Below are positions 1 through 11,364 of a stretch of 61,447 nucleotides of DNA, piece by piece. The translations under genes were made by a program, and so were the position numbers. The stretch is from Barthelona sp. PAP020. Lineage: Eukaryota. Position 1 is the stretch's first letter. Each line of letters starts with the position of its first letter. The stretch covers positions 1 to 61,447 of the forward strand of contig JARQWU010000033.1 of the NCBI GenBank assembly GCA_040182905.1. Direction: 5' to 3'. The notes under the pieces were generated by a model that saw only the letters and a list, made by a program, of their open reading frames with translations, was not told the DNA's origin and ran no database searches.

Positions 1-532
1 CCTTCAATTTAACTAATAAAAGCAACTTCATTTATTATCAATATTTTTTGTTCTTGTTGTGTTGGGCTCCAATAATCGGTATGGTAACATTAGGAAAAGA
101 TAAAAGTGGCATGAGTCTTTGGTCCAATGGCGACACAAACTAATACAGAGAAAGAAGAACAAAAAGTCATTTTGGGAAATTTCGGTCAAAACACAGGGTG
201 TAAGATCCAGACTGAAATTTTGCTGTATGAATCTAGATTATAGCGTTGGGAAAAATTCCTGTCTTCTTTTTTGTTGATTTGCCAAATACAAAATATATAG
301 TTCTAATTTTAACTTTTGGAGAATCCAATGTTTCAACAAATCAATCGCGCCTCGAAACCCTTTAACCAAATAAACAATTTTCTTCTTTATTCCCTCATAC
401 GCACAGTGATTCTTGACTTGACAATAATTTTTGTCAACAAAAAAAAAAGAGACTATTGTTTATTGGGTACAAGTATTGAACATTTTGGTTCAATAATAAC
501 TCTTCCAAAGATGTTCTAAAAAATTAGCGTTG

Positions 533-2401
533 TCAATCAATTTTCATTGAAAAATTTGACACATCCATAGGTGTCAATTGAGACAGATTAATCCTATTAC
601 TATTGAACATTATATTACTGTCTTGATGTTCCTCAAATGAATCCAAAAGAGAATTTTCCTCCGAAGTAACTGACTCATTATTAGAATTCAATTTAACATG
701 ACTATTCATCTTTAATGCTGAAATATCATGAAGATTGGAGGTAGAAAAATTCTTTTTCTGTAACTGCCTTCTTGAATCAGATTTGGCTCTTGATAAAACA
801 TCTTCAATATCAGCTCTCCAATATTTTTTTCTTGATTTTAGCTGATTATTTGGATTGACTGAAATTTGGTTCTGATCAGGTTTCAGATATGGCTCATTCA
901 ACATAGTTTGCTTTTGTTGTCTTTTTTGGGTTGATAATGTTGAATACAGTGTTAAATCGGGATGTAAAACTGAATTTTTGTAATTTTCAAACTCATATTG
1001 GGCTTCAGAAAACAGTTGGTACCTAGTTTTCAAATCTTTTCTTTTTTGGTCAATCTCGTGATCAATTCTTTGAACTTTCAAAAATTCAGCTTGTAATTTT
1101 TGCAAATGTTTGGAATTTTTTTCCCATTCAACAGACACAAAACTTGATTGATTGTTAATTTCGTTGACTGTCGAAAGCATATTTTCCTTATCCGAATCAA
1201 TAGTAACTTTTCTTTGAGACAAATTTGAACGTTCTTTATCTAATTCTTCTTTCTCCAAGTCAATCTCTTTTTCCAATTGATTGATTTGAGCTTCTTCAAT
1301 CTTAAGATTTTCCTCTTGCTTCAACAAAACATTTTCCTCTTCAATTAATTTATCCAACATAATTTTTTTTTCTTCTATCCAGGCAACACGATCATCTTGA
1401 TATTGGCTCAATCCATTTTCAGCACTGGTTTCAATTGCTTTTTCAATATCATTAACAAGGTAATTTATTCTCTCAATTAAAAGTGTGTCATTATCAATTT
1501 TTTTTATCTGTTCAGGGCTTATTTGGGCCTTTTGAGGTTGTAAAGGTTGTAAAGGTTGGGGTTGTTGCATTGGTTGAGTCAAATATTGAGCGGTTTGACT
1601 TTGTGTTGTTTGTTCAGGCACATAAACTTGGTCTATGGGTTGATTGGTGTGTAAAGGGTGTATAGGCTGCAAAGGTTGTGTGGGTTGCATTAGGTTAACT
1701 TCTTGATTAGCCATTTTAGGTTGTTGAATATTAAAATAACCTGAGTTTGGAGCATCAACATAAGTATTAGCGGGTATATACCCCGTATTTTGAACAATAT
1801 TTTGTCTTGTTGGTTGTATCGTTTCATCTGTTGGGGTAGACATAGTTTCCTTCAATTCATTTTGCATTGAATAGTGATTGTTCATCTGCATCTGCATTCT
1901 CATCAATTTAACATCATCTTGCGGATTAGCATTTTGATAATCAGTCTGTTGCCGAAATCCGGATGGAGATTGAGTAGGAGATTGAGATATCGATGAATCA
2001 GCATGCGGTGGTACTTTAAACGGATCAGCAATTTCGTACGATGTTAAAGGTGTCAAATTTCTTGGCAATAAATCTTGTTGACTTGAAACATTATCAAATC
2101 TCGAATCATTCGTTAATTCATGATACCTTTCTTTTGGAATATCCAATGAATGATCGCCAACCACTTCCATTGAATCATTAGAATAATTCGATCTTGGTGA
2201 AGCAATCACAGAAGTACTGTGAATCACAAAGTTACTATCCACATCGGAAAAATTATCATCCATTGAATCATCTGAAATGTTGGTAATTCCCAACAAAGCA
2301 TCAAAATCGTCATCACTCTCGTTATTATTATTAAATCCATCATTCCATTCCGGTTCTGGCTCAGGATTTGTGTTCCGTATTGGTCGACGGAATCTTCTCA
2401 T
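533..2401 (-). CDS. Hypothetical protein: acidic and Q/P-rich disordered N-half, coiled-coil C-half
   Basis: 622-aa ATG-initiated ORF with QPLQP repeats and an E/K-rich heptad segment; no recognised family. Confidence 0.75.
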   Translation of the reverse strand: MRRFRRPIRNTNPEPEPEWNDGFNNNNESDDDFDALLGITNISDDSMDDNFSDVDSNFVIHSTSVIASPRSNYSNDSMEVVGDHSLDIPKERYHELTNDSRFDNVSSQQDLLPRNLTPLTSYEIADPFKVPPHADSSISQSPTQSPSGFRQQTDYQNANPQDDVKLMRMQMQMNNHYSMQNELKETMSTPTDETIQPTRQNIVQNTGYIPANTYVDAPNSGYFNIQQPKMANQEVNLMQPTQPLQPIHPLHTNQPIDQVYVPEQTTQSQTAQYLTQPMQQPQPLQPLQPQKAQISPEQIKKIDNDTLLIERINYLVNDIEKAIETSAENGLSQYQDDRVAWIEEKKIMLDKLIEEENVLLKQEENLKIEEAQINQLEKEIDLEKEELDKERSNLSQRKVTIDSDKENMLSTVNEINNQSSFVSVEWEKNSKHLQKLQAEFLKVQRIDHEIDQKRKDLKTRYQLFSEAQYEFENYKNSVLHPDLTLYSTLSTQKRQQKQTMLNEPYLKPDQNQISVNPNNQLKSRKKYWRADIEDVLSRAKSDSRRQLQKKNFSTSNLHDISALKMNSHVKLNSNNESVTSEENSLLDSFEEHQDSNIMFNSNRINLSQLTPMDVSNFSMKID

Positions 2402-2609
2402 TTTAAATAAATAACCGAAAATTAGAGTTCATTTTTTTTTTTACCGCCATTTATTTTATTCCCACAACCATTGTATTTTCAGTTGATTCAAACATATTTT
2501 GAACATAAATACTTGTCAAATATGCAATTTTTTTGTCTTTTAAAAGATAAAAGATAAAAATAGAACTATTGATATTTACAATTAACCACAAACAAATAAC
2601 AATGTTTCT

Positions 2610-3233
2610 TTACCACAACGAAAAATTTCTATCGTTATTGATTCGTTTTAGCATTTCTATTGAGTATCTGGCCCTTGGATCTTGTAAATTTTCAGCCAAT
2701 TCAAAAAGTTCCAAAGCTTTATCTACATCATTATTTTGTTGATATAATATACCAGCTTCATAAGCTGCAGATGCATTTCCTAAATGAGCACTTTGAATAA
2801 ACAAAGAAAGTGCCTGTTTTTTATCATTATTTTCATTGCATATTCTACCATATTCAAATAAACAATCAACATGCTTTAAAGCGGCACCAGCCTCAAAATA
2901 TTTTGCCTTATTTTCAAATGAATGGGATTGCAACCCTTGATAATACAAATATTGACTTAAATTGGGCACATCTTCCATTGACTTTTTAAAATTCAACAAG
3001 GATTTATTTTGTAATTGATACTTTGTTTTAAAATATTTGGTTTTTGATTGAAATTCATATTCCAAATCATTACTGTATCTATTAATATCATTATTTAAAC
3101 GATCTATTGTTGTTATCAATTGTTTTCGTATTTCATTTTGGGTTTCTTGAGGAATCATTGGATTATGAACCAATGTCAACATAAAATCTTTTAATTCAAG
3201 TAATGTCTTATTGTTTTCTTCTTCATTCGACAT
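2610..3233 (-). CDS. Sel1-like repeat protein
   Basis: 207 aa; C-terminal SLR motifs such as ALSLFIQSAHLGNASAAYEAGILY and DKALELFELAENLQD. Confidence 0.75.
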   Translation of the reverse strand: MSNEEENNKTLLELKDFMLTLVHNPMIPQETQNEIRKQLITTIDRLNNDINRYSNDLEYEFQSKTKYFKTKYQLQNKSLLNFKKSMEDVPNLSQYLYYQGLQSHSFENKAKYFEAGAALKHVDCLFEYGRICNENNDKKQALSLFIQSAHLGNASAAYEAGILYQQNNDVDKALELFELAENLQDPRARYSIEMLKRINNDRNFSLW

Positions 3234-3724
3234 TAGGTTTGTTCATATATATCTAAACCCTCTTCTTTAAAAAAAAAAAAAACAGCAAGAAATATTTATT
3301 GAAACTGGAAGCCAAAAAAGAATCATCGGAAAAAACTATCATATTAGTGATGGATGTATCATATAAAAGAAAATACATTAACATTAACAATAAAACAACA
3401 ATATTCCAATAAAATACAATAGATCGCGTTGATTTAACAGTTTTATGTAATTCAGCTAAACGAGTAGGTAATTTTGGTTTGATATTTCTTTGAAATTAGT
3501 TGAAAAAATATAAAAAACTCAATATACTTTGGAATTCGCAAAATAACCAATGCATTTAACAATAAAGTTCTTTAAATACGTTAGTTGACATAAAATAAGA
3601 TAAAAATACATGCAAATTAACAGATCGGAAAGACTAAATATCATTTGAAGTTTGTTGTTTGTTATTTTTTTTAGAATTGAGATAATATAGAAAATAAAAT
3701 ATATTTAATCTTTTATGCATGAAT

Positions 3725-4972
3725 TTACATGATATTTTGTGTAGTTTCAAATATTGCTTGAGCAACATATTCAATGTTATTGTGATTGAGGCCTGGAATA
3801 GAAATTCTGCCTGATTTTACAATGTAAATGCTGTATTTGCTGGCTAAATGATTGACTTGACTTGGAGTTAAACCAGTGAAAGAAAACATCCCAAATTCAT
3901 TAATTATGAAATCCCATTTAGAAAGATTTACATTTATATCATTTTTAATTTCCAATTTCATTATGTTATCCTTGAGAGCATGTCTCATTTCCATAATTCG
4001 ATTTGACATTTCCTTCAATTCACAATTCCAAAGATTCCACAAATCATCATCCTCCATAATTTCAGTGACAATTTGAGCCCCATGAATTGGAGGCATTGAA
4101 TATCTAATCCGTGCTATGTGTTTGATTTGACTGAGACACGCTGTTGCTTGATTCTCAGAGGCACATATTATATATCCAGAACCAATTCTTTCTCCATATA
4201 ATCCCATATTCTTTGAAAATGATTGACAAATGAAGCAAATAACCTGGTTCTCCAAACAAGTCTCAGCAAATAATTTGACCATAAAAGAATCTTTGCTCAA
4301 GTTACCAGAACAAAATCCTTGATATGCACAATCGATAAAAGGAATGATCTTTCGATCAAGAATCACTTGCAAAATTAGTTTCCATTGTTCATTATCTGGA
4401 TCGACACCTGTTGGATTGTGACAAATAGGTTGAAGCAAAATGACTGATCCTTCTGGAATATTCTCAATGTCCTCGATCATTCCTTTAAAATCTAAAGATT
4501 TTGTTGATTCACTATAGTAACGGTAAGAATGAATTTGTTCCTCCATAAAACGTCCCTTTAGCATAGGGATATGATTGGGCCAAGTGGGAGAAGACAGAAA
4601 AAAATGCATTTCAGGAACAAATTGCTTGATGAAATCCATAATCACAGTTAAAGCTCCTGATGCTGAAATTGATTGAAATGCACAAATACGTTTGTCAAAA
4701 ACTAGATGAGAATTCGACCCAAATATCACTTTCTTTGCAGCAGTTAAGTACTCTTCTTTTCCTTGAATAGGAGGATACTCATGATCATATTTTGTTTTCA
4801 ATCTACTTTCTGCCTCATCAACACATTTCAAAATATACGGAAATCCTTCATCATTTCTATAAGCTCCAACACCCAGGTTGACTTTAAGAGGATTGGAATC
4901 AGCATTGTACAAACTATTCAAGACTAAAATTCCATCCGGTTCAATGTGAGGAACATCGCCAATAAAACTCAT
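3725..4972 (-). CDS. Aspartate aminotransferase (class I, PLP-dependent), no obvious targeting peptide
   Basis: KVNLGVGAYR, SPTWPNH, HNPTGVDP, DCAYQGF, PLP-lysine motif SFSKNMGLYGERIG, GMFSFTGL, SGRISI. Confidence 0.95.
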   Translation of the reverse strand: MSFIGDVPHIEPDGILVLNSLYNADSNPLKVNLGVGAYRNDEGFPYILKCVDEAESRLKTKYDHEYPPIQGKEEYLTAAKKVIFGSNSHLVFDKRICAFQSISASGALTVIMDFIKQFVPEMHFFLSSPTWPNHIPMLKGRFMEEQIHSYRYYSESTKSLDFKGMIEDIENIPEGSVILLQPICHNPTGVDPDNEQWKLILQVILDRKIIPFIDCAYQGFCSGNLSKDSFMVKLFAETCLENQVICFICQSFSKNMGLYGERIGSGYIICASENQATACLSQIKHIARIRYSMPPIHGAQIVTEIMEDDDLWNLWNCELKEMSNRIMEMRHALKDNIMKLEIKNDINVNLSKWDFIINEFGMFSFTGLTPSQVNHLASKYSIYIVKSGRISIPGLNHNNIEYVAQAIFETTQNIM

Positions 4973-5344
4973 TATAAAAATAAAAGTTCATTCGGTGTAA
5001 ATGATGTGATGTGAACATGAACAATCAAGAAGAAAGAGGTGCTGTAAAAAATGAAATAAAACAAAGAAACTTTATTTTATTTGAGAGAGAATGGAAATAA
5101 AATGTACAAAAAAAAAAAGAGAAAACAACAAGAAACAGAAAAAAAAATGAGTAAAATGAAAAAAAATTGTTAAACAAACTTTTTATTTAACATTGACCCT
5201 AATCTATCAATAAAATGCAATTAAATAATAATTGAAAGAATATGTTGAAGATAAAAAGAAAACATAATTCACATTTTTTTTTGAAGATACTTTTTTTTTT
5301 GTTTGTTTATATTATCCATTATTGAATACATTACGAATAAAAAA

Positions 5345-8149
5345 ATGGAGATAATAGATTTAGAACATGGGATATTTAAATATGAAGAACATTTAGACCG
5401 ATTAAAAAATATTAAACAAATAAAATTGATAAATTGTAAACAAATAATAATAGATACAGAAATTACAATAGATTTTTTAGATGTAAGTGATAATTGGTTT
5501 GAAGATATAAATTATATTCATAATAATTGTGTAATTCATGCAATAGATCTAAATAATAGTAATTTTAAACAATATAATTTATTAAAATATTGCAATTATA
5601 TATGTTTTAACAGTGATATGATTACTAAATATGACATAACAAAAATAACTTCAAATTTAAATGATATTGACATTGAATTGAATCATCATAATATCAATTA
5701 TGTATTAGAATTAATATATAAACAACAAAATTTGGAATTTTTGAATGGGCACAAATTTTCGGTTGAATTTTTATCATATCAAATTTTTGAAAATATTAAT
5801 GAAGTTTTAATTGTTAAAGTTTGTGATTTTTTCTTATCACAGGAGCCAAATGATAGTTTTCTGAACTTTACCAGATTTCTTTTGAAACATTATTTGTTTA
5901 AAATGGTTGAGAAATTGGATGATTCTCAGACAATTCGACCCAGTGTTAAAATAAGTATAACACGTTTATTATGTTGGTATTGTAGTTTATTGGGTCATTT
6001 AGTCACTGAAATTGAGTTGAATTCTTCAAAAGAAGATAATAATATTGAAATGAAATTTGTTGATTATTTTACAGTGTTTATTATTAAATTAGCCTTCAAA
6101 TGTCAAGAATACAGTGTGATTCGAACATTTTTACAATTATTACCACGATTTTTTGGAAAAATCACCTTACTTTATCGTTGGAGCCTATTTGAGACTTTGA
6201 TTGAAATTGATTATTTTAACAATGATGAGGTGAAATCTTTGACTGATGAAATTTCATGTCAAAGCTTTATTTCAAATCAAAAGGACCAACATTTCAAATC
6301 TACAGGTAGAGGATTAGAGAATATTAATTATGCTGATGAAATTGAACTTGAAAAAGGGTTATTCACGTATCTATTTCAATATGTACCACAGAGCAGATTG
6401 ATGATTGTGCAATGTTTAAAGGATATTCCTGTTCAATATATACCAAAAGATTCATTATTTAATTTTTATTTATTAATGGTTAAAGATTTAAATATTAATG
6501 TGGTTGATGAATGGTTGGGGATACATACCAGCATACCGAGTATAATAATGAAGACTGATTTAGTTTTACAATGTTCACAAACATTAAGGGAATATCTTCA
6601 AAGAAAAAGATTGAATGTCTTTCCAAATTTAAGTATTTTTGAAGTATTTGGGAGAAGTAGTATGAATTCTATTGATGCTGAACGAAAAAGATTGACAAAA
6701 TATTTGGCATTTTTTGAAAATTTACCTGCTAAACAATTCCCGTCAAAGTTTGGATTTGCTGAATATATTTCTTTATTATTAGAAACTTTACCTTATAATT
6801 CAATTGATTTAAGAGTCATTACATTGAATTCTTTAAGAAATTTAGCATTTAAACAACCTTTAGAAGTCTTGAATTATCTATTAAATTTGACTACATTCAC
6901 TAGAATTCGTCAAAATTATTTAACTCAAAATTCATCTTTAGTTGAATTTGGAATTGCTCTATTGGCTTTAAATTGTTGTTTATTCATTAATTCCATTGAT
7001 TTACCTTTTGGGTTCAATATTTTAATTGAATTATTTGAAAGTTTCATAAATATTTCTTATGAATTTACTCACTTTTTGGATAACTATTTTGAATTGCCAC
7101 AAACTAAAGAATTAATCCTTGAAAAAGCTCAATCATCACCAAATTTGATTGTTTTTAGCTTTGGTTACACCTTAAAAGAATCAAATTTAGTGCAAAACAA
7201 AATTTTACCAATATTTCCAAAAACATTTGAAAAATTTCAAAACATCATTCTTTTTTGTAAAGATGATAATGTTTCTATTGAACTACAAGCATTATTTGAT
7301 TTTGTTACTAATTTTAAGAGAATTCTAATTGATTTATTAGATGATAGAGACCGTTATTGGTTGGATTTTCTTGTTTTAATCTCAAGGTTTCTTTTATGTT
7401 GTTATGGTATCTTTTTGGTTTTTTATGGTATTAGAGAAACTGAATTGGATTCAAGAGATTTAGAAGCTTGTATCATGGTTTGTTTTGAAATAATTGGAAA
7501 GTATTATGATTCTTTGATAAAATCAAAAAAAATTGGAAAAAATCTGCTAAAATCAATTATTTTTGTTCTATTATTATGTTTAAATATTGATTCAACGTAT
7601 TTTTCAAATAAACAAGTCCAAAATATTATAAAATTAAAAAACATTCATTTAAAAAAATTTGCCATTGAAACTTTCTCTTCAAAATATGATTTGAAAATTT
7701 TTGGACAAAAATTGTTTGCTACTGATAATTTTGGATGGTCTGGTTCTTTGATTGATAATAAATCCCTGAATATTTCGCCTTTAAAAGTCATTTTAAGGTG
7801 TTTTGATCCAAAATGGAATACTCAAAAACCTGGACTTTTCAATATGCAGGCAATTCTTATTATTCAACAGTATAATGACTTTTGTGAACTTCAATACAAC
7901 TATAATTTTCAAGATCAAGTTGTTTTAGTTTATCCTTTTGATATTCAATCAGATGACATCATTCAAAAGACAGTTAATACTCAAAGAACCACCTTATTTG
8001 CAATTGCTAAACATTCAATTTGTTTACCTTATGAACAAATGACTGATATGACTGATTTGAAGTGTTCTGTGCATATTGGTTTAAAATATGGTTCTGTGGA
8101 TGTGACTACCATTCCAGGTGCTGCTTTTATTGCTTTACCAAAAGAATAA
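5345..8149 (+). CDS. Hypothetical protein, possible degenerate LRR N-terminus followed by a helical region
   Basis: Long open frame; first ATG at 5345 (the track start is TTG); LDVSDNWF and IDLNNSNF resemble LRR units. Confidence 0.6.
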   Translation: MEIIDLEHGIFKYEEHLDRLKNIKQIKLINCKQIIIDTEITIDFLDVSDNWFEDINYIHNNCVIHAIDLNNSNFKQYNLLKYCNYICFNSDMITKYDITKITSNLNDIDIELNHHNINYVLELIYKQQNLEFLNGHKFSVEFLSYQIFENINEVLIVKVCDFFLSQEPNDSFLNFTRFLLKHYLFKMVEKLDDSQTIRPSVKISITRLLCWYCSLLGHLVTEIELNSSKEDNNIEMKFVDYFTVFIIKLAFKCQEYSVIRTFLQLLPRFFGKITLLYRWSLFETLIEIDYFNNDEVKSLTDEISCQSFISNQKDQHFKSTGRGLENINYADEIELEKGLFTYLFQYVPQSRLMIVQCLKDIPVQYIPKDSLFNFYLLMVKDLNINVVDEWLGIHTSIPSIIMKTDLVLQCSQTLREYLQRKRLNVFPNLSIFEVFGRSSMNSIDAERKRLTKYLAFFENLPAKQFPSKFGFAEYISLLLETLPYNSIDLRVITLNSLRNLAFKQPLEVLNYLLNLTTFTRIRQNYLTQNSSLVEFGIALLALNCCLFINSIDLPFGFNILIELFESFINISYEFTHFLDNYFELPQTKELILEKAQSSPNLIVFSFGYTLKESNLVQNKILPIFPKTFEKFQNIILFCKDDNVSIELQALFDFVTNFKRILIDLLDDRDRYWLDFLVLISRFLLCCYGIFLVFYGIRETELDSRDLEACIMVCFEIIGKYYDSLIKSKKIGKNLLKSIIFVLLLCLNIDSTYFSNKQVQNIIKLKNIHLKKFAIETFSSKYDLKIFGQKLFATDNFGWSGSLIDNKSLNISPLKVILRCFDPKWNTQKPGLFNMQAILIIQQYNDFCELQYNYNFQDQVVLVYPFDIQSDDIIQKTVNTQRTTLFAIAKHSICLPYEQMTDMTDLKCSVHIGLKYGSVDVTTIPGAAFIALPKE

Positions 8150-8363
8150 CAACATTAATTTTTTTTTTGAGAAATCTTTGTTATTTTGCTCACAAAATTC
8201 CTGTCAATTTTGAGTTTATTTCGTCAATTTGCCAAATTCTGTAAATTTTCAATGATTTTTTTCTGTCATAATGTGTGTTGAAATTTTCAAAAAATATCAA
8301 TGGAGATAAACAAGGATTAAGAAATAAAAAAGTTTGACTTTACAAGAATGAAAAAAATTGAGA

Positions 8364-8900
8364 CTATTGACTTATGGAAATATCCACAAAATTTTTCAAT
8401 GATCTAACTCTAAAACTTGTTGTGAATCCAACAATAAAGAAATTTTTTTGTAATATTTCTGAAAAATATTCATTTATAGCTTTTATAACACTTTTATCCT
8501 TGCAATTATTCAAAAATTTTTCTATATCGAAATAAAGAACAACTATTTTATTTGTTTCCTTCAATTGTAAAATGTTTCCCAACAAACATAACAGATGTAA
8601 AGGCGTATTTATGGTATACAATTGACTATTTTCATTGAATTTTTGATGTTGTAATAAACCAATATTACTAAATAAACTTACAAATATTAATTCATTACCT
8701 TTTTGTATTTCCTCAATAAATTCATTGATAGAATGATGAATATGTTTCCATTCTTTGGATCTGAATGTAATTATTTCTCTTTGATACGATGAAATGCCAT
8801 ATTTTTCCAAAAGACTGTTCTTTTTTGTTAATCTCATTTCGGGAAACAAAAACTCATAAAAATTTTCATGTGGATTTAAAAAAGAAAGTCTAGGGTCCAT
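8364..8900 (-). CDS. Hypothetical protein, possibly a degenerate RecA/RAD51-paralog fold
   Basis: 178-aa ORF; the order of hydrophobic strands (REIITF, LIFVSL, KIVVLYFD, FIVGFTT) is RecA-like but there is no Walker A motif. Confidence 0.45.
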   Translation of the reverse strand: MDPRLSFLNPHENFYEFLFPEMRLTKKNSLLEKYGISSYQREIITFRSKEWKHIHHSINEFIEEIQKGNELIFVSLFSNIGLLQHQKFNENSQLYTINTPLHLLCLLGNILQLKETNKIVVLYFDIEKFLNNCKDKSVIKAINEYFSEILQKNFFIVGFTTSFRVRSLKNFVDISISQ

Positions 8901-8997
8901 TAAATATCATAAATTCGTAAAAATAAAAAAGAATTAAAAAAAAAATGTATGTATTCCAAAACTATTTTTATTCAAGGTTTGTTTGTGGATTTTCGAT

Positions 8998-10413
8998 TTA
9001 TTGTTCGTCATTATCCACATTAAAATCTTCATCTTGATCAAAAACTGGTAAAATTGGTTCTAATTTTTCAGGTATTTCAAAAATACGACAGATTCCATCA
9101 TTGTCACCAACAGCAATTAAATTCTTTAAAGAATCAATTGAATAAATGCTACTTTCACCACCAACTAATAATCCGACAGTTAAACAATTTGATGGGTCAA
9201 TTAATAAAATACTTCCATCCAAACAACCCAAAGCAATGATTTCCTTTCCCACAATTTCTTTATCCAACATAACAGCACAAGAATAACCAGTTTCAGGATT
9301 TTGATCATCAGCAATGATCCTATCAAGTCCTAAATATTCAACTGTGCACATTTCTCCATTATTACTAGCTGCAAACATTAAATCATTGCTTAATGAGATT
9401 AAAACTTCCACACTCGATTCTTCATCATCCCAAAGGTTGACAGTTTTTAAAAATTTCGATTTATTCATGGAGATGCTGAATATGTGTAATTTTCCAATCA
9501 AATCTCCAATAAAAACCATGTTGTTAACAACTACCAAAGAAGTGATAGGAGCTTCTGTGGGTGTTTGTAAGGTTTGAATAATGTGGCAATTATTAGGTTG
9601 AGCACGTAACACAACAACAGAACCATCTTCACATCCAACTACTGCAACTTTTTCTTCAGGTATAAACTCACATAGCATTCCGACGGATGGCAAACTAACA
9701 CATCCCAAAAATCGTTCACTAGGTAACAACCAAAACCAACACATATTCTTTTCGTCTAAAGCCATTAACACATTCCCTTTAGGATGCCATTTCAAATCCA
9801 AAATCTCACCATCCGCTTCCAAAATAATACTTTCCGCTCTTAGATCATCCATATCAATGATATGAATTTGTCCATTCATAACAGAACATGCTAATAAAGA
9901 ATTATCATAAGAAAGACGAAAGTGGTTCACACTCTCTTCAAAGTTATACTTTTCATAACCAATTCCTGATTTATAATTCCAAATGCACGCAGTTTCATCA
10001 CCAGACCCAGAAATACAATATGCACCACATTGTTCGGGAAATATTTGTATGGCAAAAATACTGTCTTCATGTTCTCCAATCTTCAAAATTGAATCATCAA
10101 CCATTTCATTTTCATATGCCATTTCTGGATTACTATTGTCAAAGTTCATGAGATCACTTTCATTTGAACCATTTGTATTGGGAATTGAAGAGGAAGGTGA
10201 AAAAACATTACTATCAGTTTCATCTTCTACATCTGCTCCTGGATCATCAGCATTGTCAACTGAATGTAGACTACTTAAAGATTCAGATCCATTACTTTTG
10301 AAAAAAGTATTCTTCTGATCATTATTATCCGATAAATGTTCAAGTTCATCCGTTAATGGATTCGATAACATTTCATTGACTAAAATCGGCTTATTATTAG
10401 TTGGTTCTGTCAT
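8998..10413 (-). CDS. SQT1: WD40 ribosome assembly factor SQT1/AAMP-like
   Basis: Acidic N-terminus, then HEDSIFAI, ISGSGDETACIW and LKWHPKGNVLMA...CWFWLLPS as in AAMP/Sqt1; start uncertain (in-frame ATGs at 10452, 10425, 10413). Confidence 0.8.
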   Translation of the reverse strand: MTEPTNNKPILVNEMLSNPLTDELEHLSDNNDQKNTFFKSNGSESLSSLHSVDNADDPGADVEDETDSNVFSPSSSIPNTNGSNESDLMNFDNSNPEMAYENEMVDDSILKIGEHEDSIFAIQIFPEQCGAYCISGSGDETACIWNYKSGIGYEKYNFEESVNHFRLSYDNSLLACSVMNGQIHIIDMDDLRAESIILEADGEILDLKWHPKGNVLMALDEKNMCWFWLLPSERFLGCVSLPSVGMLCEFIPEEKVAVVGCEDGSVVVLRAQPNNCHIIQTLQTPTEAPITSLVVVNNMVFIGDLIGKLHIFSISMNKSKFLKTVNLWDDEESSVEVLISLSNDLMFAASNNGEMCTVEYLGLDRIIADDQNPETGYSCAVMLDKEIVGKEIIALGCLDGSILLIDPSNCLTVGLLVGGESSIYSIDSLKNLIAVGDNDGICRIFEIPEKLEPILPVFDQDEDFNVDNDEQ

Positions 10414-10586
10414 AAAAATTGTCATTATTCTCTTTTCAATTTTTCTTTTCATTTTTTCTTTTTCCAAATCTCTTTGATTTTTCTTTCATATTTTTGCTGT
10501 TGAATAACAATTTGTCAACAAAAAAAATTATTATGTACTATTTACATATTAACATATAAACATATTTGAAAACATATTTTAATTAT

Positions 10587-11099
10587 CTAAAGGGGAGAAA
10601 TACAGGAAACTAAAATTTGCTCAGGTTCAATGAAATCTAACAATTCCATGCATTGTTTTGATACTTTCATCAAAAATTGGGCCTGAAGAAAATCTTCTTC
10701 AACATAAGCTTTCTTTTTAAAACACCATCTAGGTTCACCAATTTTGCCAAATGTTTGAATCAATTGAAAATCTTTTATGGCTTCATTGCCAATTGACTCC
10801 CAACAACGGTTCTTTATGATTGGGTCAAAATGTTCTTCATGACTATCTTTAGCAATAGAAAAAAATACAGAAGGAAAAGGTAGAGAAGCATTTTGTAAGT
10901 ATTCAGCAATAATTCGTATTATGAAACCTGGACTTTTAGGTAAAAAATTACAATCAGGATGCACAGAATAATAAGTGAATTTTACCAAACATCCGTCTAT
11001 GGCTTGAATTTCTAACATACAAGTTGGAATAAAAAAAGATCGATCTTCAACATCTAAAATGACTTGATTGTATTCTTCACTTTTTTTTAATAAATCCAT
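10587..11099 (-). CDS. Hypothetical protein
   Basis: 170-aa ATG-initiated ORF with globular composition and a TGTAAA 40 nt downstream. Confidence 0.55.
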   Translation of the reverse strand: MDLLKKSEEYNQVILDVEDRSFFIPTCMLEIQAIDGCLVKFTYYSVHPDCNFLPKSPGFIIRIIAEYLQNASLPFPSVFFSIAKDSHEEHFDPIIKNRCWESIGNEAIKDFQLIQTFGKIGEPRWCFKKKAYVEEDFLQAQFLMKVSKQCMELLDFIEPEQILVSCISPL

Positions 11100-11364
11100 A
11101 TGAGTTTAACATTTTTTAAATATTCACACAATTCAAGAAGATCTTAGGAAAAAATATTTTCATTTTTTGTGGTGTTGGTTGTGGAGTTTCCAGATTACAT
11201 TCTGCAATTTTTTTGACCATTTTTTTGAAATAAAATATTTTTTGTTTATGCTTCGTTTATGAAGGTTTATCATTTTGCATTGGCAATAATGCTTTGAAAA
11301 GAAAAGATTTTTTTTTCAATTGTGTATTCAATATCGAGTCCAAAAAATAAACGAAAATAACTGT

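Noticed and set aside
81..279. ATG|GTAACA...ACTAATACAG intron-like segment or WD40-like relic at the window start
   Set aside because: Splicing gives only a roughly 43-aa unrecognisable peptide, the intron is longer and more GC-rich than the supported ones, and upstream context is cut off
1533..1690. Tandem-like GGTTGTAAA repeats
   Set aside because: These encode QPL repeats inside the 622-aa ORF; not a CRISPR array or mobile element
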